A stretch of DNA of 63,174 nt, counting the filler, from Squatina squatina (lineage: Eukaryota), in assembly GCA_031763465.1 (NCBI GenBank). It is 4 parts of 3 records of this genome, joined end to end, with 100 filler letters (N's around TTAATTAATTAA, not from the genome) between each part and the next. Parts side by side here need not be neighbours in the genome. Positions count along the whole stretch, not along the records: positions 1 to 17,832 come from JARFOE010000219.1; positions 17,933 to 35,873 come from JARFOE010000057.1; 2 more parts are not named here. One strand, 5' to 3'. The notes under the pieces were generated by a model. The model worked only from the letters and a program-made list of their open reading frames with translations. It did not search any database and was not told the DNA's origin. Position numbers and translations under genes: made by a program. This document shows positions 12,976-23,000 of the stretch, in pieces; the first letter of the stretch is position 1; the number at the start of each line of letters is the position of its first letter.

Positions 12976-14660
12976 GTGAAAAGGAAACAAGAAACAGTTA
13001 ACACTTGCGATGGTGAAGCATGATCTGTCACATCACAGAGGCTAATATTCTGTGCGCCCCTTACAGTTATAACTGTACAGCTGGACAGAACCGATCACTT
13101 CTCCGATTTCTAAAGACTAATTCAAAGGTTGCACGTCTCCACCAGTATTGAGACACAGCAACATCACGACTCTTTGCTCTGGCTCTGACGTCTCCCTGAA
13201 AGTGGAGACTCCATTGCACGTCATAGCACGCTCTCGAGAATTGTGTGCTATCTGATTCTATATTTGATTGAGAAAGTAACAAGAAATTAATCCTCGGGGA
13301 TTTTAATATCAAGGAACAGCAATCTAAGGGACTTGTGGACAGAGCGTGTGACAATATGGAGACAGGTTAAAGTTAACTAATTGAAATTTCAAACCTTACT
13401 TCTGTGAACCTGAGGTGATTGTTTACCTGGCCTCTTAGGTTCACAAGCAACTGTAATGAACCCATAAAAATTTATGGCGACGTCTTGTGTAATGACTATA
13501 AAGCCGTTTCTTGAGCCCAAGCAAGTGATAAAGCAAAACATTTCTGACCAAGCGCGAATGAAGTCAGTTCACAGCAGATGTGTAAATAAACATTTTTCAA
13601 AGTAACATGTAAAATCGCTTTAAAGGTTAACATAGCAACTTATAATTAATGTATGAACCCTTCCAGATCATACGAGATCATACCTTTTCTTCCGAAACTG
13701 CTCTCCCGTCCGTTGAATGGTGGAGTTCGCACTAATGGCAAAAGCAACTTACATCCATGGGCTCATTTNNNNNNNNNNNNNNNNNNNNNNNNNNNNNNNN
13801 NNNNNNNNNNNNNNNNNNNNNNNNNNNNNNNNNNNNNNNNNNNNNNNNNNNNNNNNNNNNNNNNNNNNATTTAACTATGTGAAGGAGCAATGGGTCTGCT
13901 TGATACAAGGTCAGTGTGTTCAGGAAAGATTAGAATGGAGAACCAAGCACTTTAGATGTTGATCCTGCCATAAAAGGAAACAGATTCCTGGAAAGGACAC
14001 ATTTTAACAGGAACCTTATCCAGACATAAATTGACTTAATATATCGTATATTAACTTAATTATCTTTTATTACTTACAATAAATCTGAAAGTCATCCATT
14101 GTTAGAAACATCAATAATGTGGCCTTTTCCACAAATATCGTATCACTTAAATCACTGGCTGTCAGCTTTTGCATGATGATATCTTGTACACTGTTGGTTA
14201 TAGGGTCAGTGGCCCATTAGAAATAAGATTGAATATTTTTCACCTACGTCGTTCAATTCTGACATTTCATCACCATCACAAATCTCCTGTGGATCTAATC
14301 AGTCCTTGTGGTGAGAGGTATGCGATGTGCAGCCTGTTACAGGGCCAAGGGCAAACAAGGTTCAATGCTTGGAGAGCACTGNNNNNNNNNNNNNNNNNNN
14401 NNNNNNNNNNNNNNNNNNNNNNNNNNNNNNNNNNNNNNNNNNNNNNNNNNNNNNNNNNNNNNNNNNNNNNNNNNNNNNNNNAATCATTAAAAAATGTTAC
14501 TTTTAAGAAATAAAATATGATTTTGTAATACAATATGATTTTTAAAAATACTATTGAACTTTAATTTTAAATGAATTATGATTTATGAAAAAGCAAAAAG
14601 GTTGTGGAAGGTTTAGGGCCCGCTCTCCCCCTCCCCATGTGTTTTGAAAACACAATGAGT

Positions 14661-14723
14661 CAGAAGAGGTTTACAGAAGCGAAATACTGCGGATGCTGGA
14701 ATCGAGAATACAGAAGAGGTTTA
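14661..14723 (-). mobile_element. 37-bp terminal fragment of the Penelope-type repeat between 13-bp direct repeats
   Basis: CAGAAGAGGTTTA at 14661-14673 and 14711-14723; insert CAGAAGCGAAATACTGCGGATGCTGGAATCGAGAATA matches 17502-17538. Confidence 0.75.
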
Positions 14724-14992
14724 AATAGGTTCAAAAGATAGAGGGGATTTGAGGAGAAATATTTTCACCCAGAGGGCGGTGGGGGTCTGAAACTCACTGC
14801 CTGAAACGGTGGTAGAAGCAGAAACCCTCATCACATTTAAAAAGTACTTGGACATGCACTTGAAGTGCCGTAACCGACTGGGCTTCGGATCTAGTGCTGG
14901 AAAGTGGGATTAGGCTAGATAGCTCTTTGTCAGCCAGCATGGACATGATGGGCTGAATGGCCTCTTTCTGTGCTGTAGAGTTCTATGATTCT
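14724..14992 (+). mobile_element. CR1 LINE 3' end
   Basis: RRNIFTQRAVGV*NSLPETVVEAETLITFKKYLDMHL C-terminus followed by GGGCTGAATGGCCTC...TTCTATGATTCT tail. Confidence 0.85.
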
Positions 14993-14994
14993 CA

Positions 14995-15189
14995 ACTTGT
15001 CTGCAGCCTTTGACACAGTTGACTACTCCATCCTCCTTCAACGCCTTTCCGTCGTCCAGCTGGGTGGGATTGCATTCGCCTGGTTCAATTATCTATCTAA
15101 TCGTAGCTAGAGAATTGCCTGCAATGGCTTTTCTTCCCGCTCCCACATCGTTACCTGCGGTGTTCCTGAAGGATCTATCCTTGACCCCC
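14995..15189 (+). mobile_element. L2-clade LINE RT fragment
   Basis: LSAAFDTVDYSILLQRL ... YLSNRS ... GVPEGSIL with frameshifts. Confidence 0.8.
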
Positions 15190-15289
15190 NNNNNNNNNNN
15201 NNNNNNNNNNNNNNNNNNNNNNNNNNNNNNNNNNNNNNNNNNNNNNNNNNNNNNNNNNNNNNNNNNNNNNNNNNNNNNNNNNNNNNNNN

Positions 15290-15538
15290 TTTGTAGCGCT
15301 AGCAAATTGTTTGTGGGGTGGCCATTATGGGCGTTGTGCCTCTTGATGACGTCGTGGAGGCCACCCAACGCCCAACACCAAGTTTTCAGTGCTTCTGGCA
15401 CAGCGCCTATTTGGCGCCGGTGCTGCTCCAATCCGAATTCCGCTTCAGAGCCCCTTAGCACCCGAAACGGGCGTTACACCCCGAGCGCCCATTTAGTGCT
15501 CATTCTGCGCCTGCGCTAAAGGACCAATTGGGCGCCCT
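15290..15538. mobile_element. CpG-rich end of non-autonomous TIR element
   Basis: Terminates in AATTGGGCGCCCT, 12/13 identical to the reverse complement of the terminus at 1820-1832. Confidence 0.55.
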
Positions 15539-17500
15539 GCTTTTGTAATTTACTTTATGACAGACCCAATAATAAACAAGTTTGAAAAAAAAAACTTCAT
15601 GATTCTTAAATTTACTGGGAGATTTGTATTTTTGACAAAACATGCTGCCTTCCCTGAAGGTCTACTGGGTAAATGATGTGGTACTTAGGCATGCAAACCA
15701 GAAGGTCCCAGGTTTGAAGCCCAGTCCATGCTATGTCCGCTGAGCTCAGCTGTGGTAACAGTGGAGTTTCTATAATCGACTACATTGTGAAAAAGTGTTC
15801 TCACTCTTGACGATCTGTGCTGGAAAATAATTATGTATTGACATTGAGTGAGAACAAGATTGAACCTGGCTGTGGTCCCCACAGCTAAAGAGTGTTTTGA
15901 TAGTAACTGTCAAGATTTTCACGTGAAGAATCATGGTCATTTAATGTACCAGAGGGATGGGTGAAACATGAAACTCTATTCACACGAGGAGGGAAAAAAA
16001 TTGGAAGAGAAAAATGCTGGTGTATTCTACTATGCTGTAAAATTGGTGTTTATAGCAGAATTATACCCAATTGAAATAAATTTTCTGCAATGTCTAGGTG
16101 ACTCCAAATAGCTTGATTCTTAGTTAATTTATTTTATTTTTCAAAGACTGGTTATATGGTGTGCATTTTGATAAGCAGCTTAGAGAAAATAAAGTGGGTA
16201 AAAGAATAGTCACAGTGTGATTATCTTCTTGTACCATTAGCACAGTCAGAGGACAGGTAGCATGGCTATGGCTATTATTCTCATTGTAGCTGCAAAAACT
16301 CTGCTGGGTTTAAGTGTGCTGTTTTGGTATGGGAGAACACGGATCTGATAGACAGCACGGAACATTGACCCTCATTATTGATTTTCTAGTCAACATTGCA
16401 GAAACGGATACAGTCAAAATAGTCCTGTGGTGGAAATGAACTAAAACATGACTCCGACACACACATTATCCTTCTTAATCAGAAAGTTCATTAACTTTTG
16501 ACACATCTTGCATTAAATAAACTTATGGGCAATTACCTCCTTTGCAGAAGGACTGGTTTCAAGTGCTGCAAAAGATAACATGCAACCTTTCACAGCTCAT
16601 TGCATTGACATAGACCTTGGTGATCGTGCAGTTAAATCACAAGTTCACCACAAGGAGCAGTAGACATCATGAAAATGTAATTTACTATTCCTCTATTTAC
16701 TTTCCTATTGCCCTCCAAAAGCAAAATAATTAGATATTTATTGTTTGGCTGAGATTAGTAAGCTCCACTTATTAACAATTACCACTTCCACTGCGGGTTT
16801 AGAATGCTGCTTGGTGCACCTGATTGAGAGAGTCCAAATGCGGAATGCGCATTCTGTGACTGAAAATGATCTCTGAAATGGTATACACAGAAATGAATCA
16901 TACTTCTTTAAGGTTCTGATCGTTGTTTCCAACTTCTAATATAATGTACAATTTTGATGGTCACCTCACTAATTCAGAATATGTATAGCTTACCTTTCCA
17001 ACCCATCTGCCCTTATGTGTGTTTTCTAAATCTAAAGAGACTTACTGCATATACACAGTAGCTGGCACTACGATTTTAGAATGACGAGTGAAACATTGTA
17101 ACATAGCTTACTATTACGTTGGTTGTTATGGAAACTATTTTTATTTGTCTTAATTATTTTACTTAATTATTGTAACACAAAAATATAATTTCCCTGCAAT
17201 TTATTTGCAGAGGACATGTGCACCTGCTAAGTTAATTATTAAATTCTCCAATCCATGCTTGTACTCCATATGAGGCAGTTAGTCCCGTCTCTTTCACACT
17301 TCAGTGATTTTTCCTTTTTGTTTTCATCAAGGGTTGCTGATGTTTAACTTGTCATTACTCTTAACATTTGAGTAAAACACACAACCTTCAATGTCATTTT
17401 GACTCACTCCACTTCACATGGGTCTGAGTTGAGACTGGGAATTGAACACAAGATGTATGGCTCGGGTACACAGTGTTATTAACCAACTGATCATTGTGGG

Positions 17501-17705
17501 ACAAAAGCAAAATACTGTGGATGCTGGAATCTAGAATATAAACAAAAAATGATGGAAAAACTCAGCAGGTCACGCAGCATCTGTGTAGAGAAAAACAGAG
17601 TTAACGTTTCGGGTCGATGGCCCTTCATCAGAACTGAAAAAAGCCAGAAATTCAGGATGTTTTCAAGCACCTGCAGGGGCAGGGAAAGGAGAGGGGGAGG
17701 TGAGG
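17501..17705 (-). mobile_element. Penelope-like element terminal repeat fragment
   Basis: AAAGCAAAATACTGTGGATGCTGGAATC...CAGCATCTGTGTAGAG...GAGTTAACGTTTCGGGTCGATGGCCCTTCATCAGAACT; homologues at 14674, ~43840, 48010 and ~48250; carries a hammerhead core as described for PLE termini. Confidence 0.7.
17599..17635 (-). ncRNA. Minimal type I hammerhead ribozyme motif
   Basis: AGUU-CUGAUGA-A-GGG-CCAUCGA-CCC-GAAA-CGUU-AACU: core CUGANGA/GAAA, helix II GGG/CCC, helix I AGUU/AACU, palindromic AACGUU in place of helix III. Confidence 0.7.
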
Positions 17706-17876
17706 GCGAGTGTTAGATTTATTCATTTCCCAAATGTTCAATGTATTTTTAAAATTTTATAATGGTGTTTAAAAGATAAAGTGAATTCTGTATTTTAAAG
17801 TAATATTTGATTGTCAGCCAATTCTTGGAAGTNNNNNNNNNNNNNNNNNNNNNNNNNNNNNNNNNNNNNNNNNNNN

Positions 17877-17888
17877 TTAATTAATTAA
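17877..17888. other. Artificial scaffold linker (six-frame stop TTAATTAATTAA inside 44N+44N)
   Basis: Identical 100-bp construct at three places in the window. Confidence 0.95.
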
Positions 17889-17932
17889 NNNNNNNNNNNN
17901 NNNNNNNNNNNNNNNNNNNNNNNNNNNNNNNN

Positions 17933-18225
17933 CTCCTCCTTTACTGTGACATTGGCTCTCGTGAAGACAGATGCAAAGTACTCATTTAGTACCTCAACCA
18001 TGCCCTCTGCCTCTACAAGTTCTTTCTTGGTCCCTAATCGACCCACCGTTCCTTTAACTATCCTTTTACTATTTATATGTTGATAAAAGACTTTGAGTTC
18101 CTTTTATGTTACCCCTAATCTATTCTCATACACTCTCTTTGCCCCTCTTACTTTCTTTTTCAGTTCTCCTCTGTACTTTATGCATTCATCTTGGTTCTCA
18201 ACTGTATTATGAAGCTGACATTTCT
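17933..18225 (-). mobile_element. CR1 LINE ORF2 fragment (region between endonuclease and RT)
   Basis: Minus strand KYRGELKKKVRGAKRVYENRL...KSKRIVKGTVGRLG...EGMVEVLNEYFASVFT. Confidence 0.75.
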
Positions 18226-18292
18226 TATAAATAGATAGAGGAATATCTTGATTAACTTGACCTGCATTTTCTTTTTTCTTTCTTCTTTCTAG

Positions 18293-18493
18293 ATGACTCC
18301 TGGTGAAATAAAGTTTGCTGTTCAAGTGGAGACTTTCCTAAACTGTGTGCCACAGCCCGAGTATCGGCAACTTCTTGTGGAGACAATCCTTGTCGTCACC
18401 ATGCTGGTGGATATAGATGTACAAAGTATTGGTGGAATAATTAACATTGAACACATTGCCCACATAGCAAACAACTTATTTATTGAGGAGCAG
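18293..18493 (+). CDS. PHKA1: Phosphorylase kinase regulatory subunit alpha 1, penultimate exon
   Basis: Polypyrimidine+AG acceptor, GTAAAA donor, 201 bp: [67 protein letters not shown]; MTPGEIKF and position next to HDAC8 favour PHKA1 over PHKA2. Confidence 0.93.
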
Positions 18494-18876
18494 GTAAAAT
18501 GGGATTGTTCATACTTATCAGAGTTTCATTTGTTTTCTTTCCTGTTCCTATCTCTTTCCTCATGGACAAAAATTTGGAGGGAGAAGAAGGTGAGCTCCAA
18601 AAGCTAGTTTGTATCCAGTTATTGGAATCACCTTGGGGTGCCTGTTCTCTGCTCACATGCTTCTTCTCTTTTCCATCAACCCTCGAAATGCTACCATACC
18701 TTTGGAAACTTGTCAAACAGAGAACTGTGGTGAATAGCGCAATAGGTTGGAGAACCTGTGGTTTGTTATTCTGTCCCATTTCTGGATTCATCTTGAACCT
18801 TAACTCTTACTGCTGTTGTAGTTATTATCTTTAATAAAGATGTAGTACTAATTGTATTTCTCATTTCTTTCATTAG

Positions 18877-19065
18877 ACAGCCCTGGGTGCTGACAATATC
18901 ATGCTGGAGAAGGATTCTGCCACTGGGATTTGCAATTTGCTATATGACAGTGCCCCAAGCGGTCGCTTTGGCACCATGACCTATCTTTTGAAGGCTGTAG
19001 CCATACACGTGGAGGAATTCTTACCAGGCAGCGGATNNNNNNNNNNCGGATGCATTATGCAGTAA
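18877..19065 (+). CDS. PHKA1: PHKA1 final coding exon ending in CAAX motif CIMQ
   Basis: [53 protein letters not shown][10-N gap with duplicated CGGAT]CIMQ*; TAA 19063-19065; AATAAA candidates at ~19695 and ~19958. Confidence 0.92.
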   Translation, partial: TALGADNIMLEKDSATGICNLLYDSAPSGRFGTMTYLLKAVAIHVEEFLPGSGXXXXGCIMQ

Positions 19066-19992
19066 ACTGATCATCAACTTTATTGACGCAATATAAATCA
19101 AGAGACTGAGCACCGAGTTGCCATTTGCAAGAGCTACAATGTGCAGCATTGAAGTTCGCAGTTACCATACAATCCAGAAACTGTGAAGTCCATGTTGAGT
19201 CGCTTATCGTTGCCAAGAAGAAATGACTGTGAATGAAATCCTTAAATCAATTAAATCTTCCACATAAACAGAAAGGAAGCATGACCTAGCGTATTTTTCT
19301 GTATGCTTTTGTTAAGCATAGACCGTTTGGTTTCAGTAGAAATTGCAGCAAAATTGCATCATTAAATAAGGCAAAACTTTGTGTGTGACTACAAGCCTGC
19401 TATTTACTGCAGACTGTTGGGCTTGAAAGTCACCTAGTTGCAGCTAATGGGTGAAGTATCGAGCCCTGTATAAACTCCTTAAAACACCAGCACTAAAAGT
19501 GCTGTAGTACTTGATGAGAAAACTGCATATTTTCCATGCAAACAATCTTAACTTATAACAGTAATACAACAAGTTCAATGGCACTCCAGCACCTCTTCCC
19601 ACCATCTTAATGTCTCCTGTGTTGCATGACATCTAGCACTCACATTAAGATTACACAATTCTTATAGGTTTGATGAAACTAAGCCTCAGGATTGAATAAA
19701 TAAAAAATATGAAGAATTTTTTCTCCTCATCCTGTAACAAAACTGTAGAGATCCAGGATCTTAGGTTTATATTACTCAAGATAAGGCAGTAACATTACCC
19801 TGATCATTACTGTCAAGTGTCAATTTGTCAAAGTGTAAATTTCTTTTTTTTAAAATATAAAATCACTTGAGTTTCACTACTTACAATGATCCCCAATAAG
19901 ATACCATGCACATTATAAAAAAGACTTACATTTATAATTTGCTGCCTACTCCAAAACAATAAAATCCATAGATCATTACATTCAGGCTAAAA

Positions 19993-20287
19993 AGACTTGG
20001 ATTTCTATAGCGCCTTTCACAATCACCAGACATTCCAAAGCTCTTTACAGCCAATTAAGTACTTTTTGAAGGTAGGAAATGCATCAGCCAATTTGTGCAC
20101 AACAAGTTCCCACAAACAGCAATGTGATAATGACCAGATAATCTTTTTTAGTGATGTTGATTGAGGGATAAATATTGGCCAGGACACTGGGAATAGCTCC
20201 CCTGCTCATCTTTGAAATAGTGCCATGGGACCTTATACAACCACCTGAGACAGCAGACAAGGCCTCAGGTTAACATCTCACCTAAAG
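19993..20287 (-). mobile_element. DeuSINE, Deu domain plus 3' tail
   Basis: CCACCTGAGACAGCAGACAAGGCCTCAGGTTAACATCTCA matches bases 4-43 of the window; tail AGACTTGGATTTCTATAGCGCCTTTCAC. Confidence 0.8.
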
Positions 20288-20865
20288 TAATGAAGATCAT
20301 GAGAAGAACAAATTGAGCATCAGACCTATAATTCCACAGTTTTAATTCCAAAGTCTACAAAATTAATCTTTTTACACTGTGCTGAATATGTGAGAATATA
20401 ATTGTATTGAGGCACATTTTAGAATCCAAAAGAATATTTATGACCTTTAGAGGTAAAACATCTTCTCACCTCTTCTGGTGCTGTCTGACAGGTTATCATG
20501 GCATCCAGGAACTCATACAAGTACTGTGCAATAAAAAAAATTCCAGTTAATTATACAGAGTAGTCAACCGTGAAAAGTATTAATATAGTCAGTCATGCCA
20601 ATTTTGATATATATTCTTGTGAGAATGCTAATCAAAAGTAAAATTAAGCGATTTGAAGAACTTCAGCATAGAGCATTCTAGAAATATATTATTTTCATTT
20701 TCAGGCCAGCATTTTAAAAGGCGCCAGCTTCATTTATAAACTGAAAACCTACACGAGCAAAATAAAAAAAATCTAAGGAACTGCAGAGGGCTGTGGTGGT
20801 GCTGCAGTGAATCTCCAACGTAAGTCACAGGGGCGGTAGGACGTGGGATCACACCTAAACACTGA

Positions 20866-22342
20866 GGGGAAGAAATTGGGTTGTGTAGTGCCCAATGTTT
20901 TTTTTTGTTAGCATCCTAAGGCTGGAAAATGGGGTCCAGCCGCCATCTTGGTAAAAGGTTTGCGTGCGCGTACCTAACGACTGTCAGCAACATGCATAGC
21001 CAGCAGATTATGATGTCAGTGTGTTATGCTGATTTGATGCCTCTAATGCCATTTTCCAAATACACAATCCAGCCAATTCCCTCTCTCAACCTCACACAGC
21101 TAAACACGTATTAAACAAAATGAAGGAGCCCACACCAGCGCTATTTAAAGGCATCATGAACTACTTACAGATCAGTTGCTGGATTGTTTATTTTGATTGC
21201 TAGTGCAATTGTACATGTTTTGGAGTTTTGTTTTACTTACCTAAAGATTGAATAGTCTACAGGGAGTCTTCTGGCTGGTACTGAAGTACTTTTTTGTTCA
21301 TTTAAAAGCTTGTGCTGAAACAAGTTGCTTCCAATTTAGGTGGACTGGGAGGGCTTCCTCTGGGAACTAAACATGTCTGCGAGAATGAAGAGAGGCCATG
21401 CAGACAAGCTGCTAGAAGAGGGAGGAAGAGGAGGGGGTCCTATCCACCAAGGGTCTTTAGGAGCAATTCTCTTACCTCAACTTCAGTGAGGAGTAATGCA
21501 TGAGACACGTTCACAAAAGAGGTCATGACTGAAATCGTCCAACTGCTGCAGCTGCAACTCCAACCTCAAAGCAAGGCAAGGGCTGCATTGCCTGTGGCTG
21601 TCAAGGAGACCATGTCTTTTATACATCTGGCTCTATCCAGGCTGCTGCTGGAGATACAAGCAACATCTCTCAGTTTGCAGTGCACTGCTGCATAAGGGAT
21701 GTCCCTGAGGCTCTCTATACAGAGAATCAGTTTAATCTCCTTCCCTCTTGCCAGAAACAAGTAGACGAAGTGAGCTCAAGGGTTTGCACAGATTACAGTC
21801 TTCCCCATGGTGCAGGGTGCCGTAAATTGCACACATATTGCCTTGCTTGTGCCTCATGTGAACTCAGACATTTTCATGAACTGAAAGGGATTTCACTCCC
21901 TCAACGCGCAGCTGGTGTGTGACCACAGGCAGCGCATCAGGCAGGTGAGTTTCCATTATCCTGGCAGCAGTCACGATTTCTTCATTCTGCAGCAGTCCTC
22001 ATGACATGGTTCATGACTCCAGTGCACAGCAGACCTAAAATGAGAGCCATTGCGCTATAAGGAATATTATAGGGCACACCATCAGCATCCTCAAGAAATG
22101 GTTCCACTACCTGGACTGCGCTGGAGGACCCCTGTGGTACTCAGCTGAGCAGGTAGCAAGATTTCTAGTAGTATGCTGCATGGTGCATAACCTGACCATT
22201 ATGAATGAAGAGCTCTTGCCACCACCTATCAGTCGAGAAGCTGAGGAGCAGGAGCATGAGGGAAAGGAGCAGAAGGAAGTGGAGAAATTGGAGGAAGTGA
22301 AGGAGGACCAAGTGCAAAAGGGAGTGAAGGAACAGGAAGAGG
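20866..22342 (+). mobile_element. Decayed PIF/Harbinger transposon with HARBI1-like DDE transposase pseudogene (~21340-22342)
   Basis: Frameshifted motifs YPPRVFR, ALPVAVK, NISQFAVHCCIRDV, VQGAVNCTH (catalytic D to N), N*KGFHSLNAQLVCDH, YPGSSHD, VVCCMVHNL, acidic tail; putative left end GGGGAAGAAATTGGG at 20866 after TGA. Confidence 0.85.
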
Positions 22343-22442
22343 NNNNNNNNNNNNNNNNNNNNNNNNNNNNNNNNNNNNNNNNNNNNNNNNNNNNNNNNNN
22401 NNNNNNNNNNNNNNNNNNNNNNNNNNNNNNNNNNNNNNNNNN

Positions 22443-23000
22443 TCCCCCACTGTTACTGCGCTATTGTTTTTGCACTTCTCAGAGATTTGCCTACATGTTT
22501 GCTCTTCTATCTCCCTCTGACTGTTTGGGGGTCTGTTGTTCACTCCTAGCTGTGTGATTGTCCCTTTTTTGTTCTTCAATTCAACCCAGATGGCCTCATT
22601 TGATGAACCTTCTGACACATCATCCCTCCTCACAGCTGTAATTGATTCTTTAATCAATATTGCGACCCCCCCCTCCTTTTTTATTCCCCTCCCTATCTCG
22701 TCTGAAAACTCTGTAACCAGGAATGTTGAAGCTGCCATTCCTGCCCTTCTTTCAGCCATGATATTTTTAGCTATAATATCATACTCACAAATGTCTATCT
22801 GTGCCCTCAGCTCATCTGCCTTATTCCCTAAACTTCTCGCGTTAAAGTATATACCAATTGGCACTGCCAAACTCCCTTGTTGCCTATTTTCTTGCCTTTG
22901 TATCCTCTGCCTTCCAAACTCGCTAACTCATTTTCTGCCTTCCATTTCCAACTGTTCTTCTTTCCCTTCTGAATCTGCTCCCTGGTTCCCACCCTCCTGC
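22443..23000 (-). mobile_element. CR1 LINE AP-endonuclease region, degenerate
   Basis: YFNARSLGNKADELRAQIDICEYDIIA...GGGVAILIKESI...EAIWVELKNKKG...RPPNS. Confidence 0.9.

Noticed and set aside
1820-15538. Apparent 13.7 kb transposon between matching 13-bp termini
   Set aside because: Many gaps intervene, flanks give no TSD, and the terminus is multi-copy.
17877-17888. TTAATTAATTAA as a biological motif (homeodomain or piggyBac site)
   Set aside because: It is centred exactly in N padding three times, so it is a synthetic linker.
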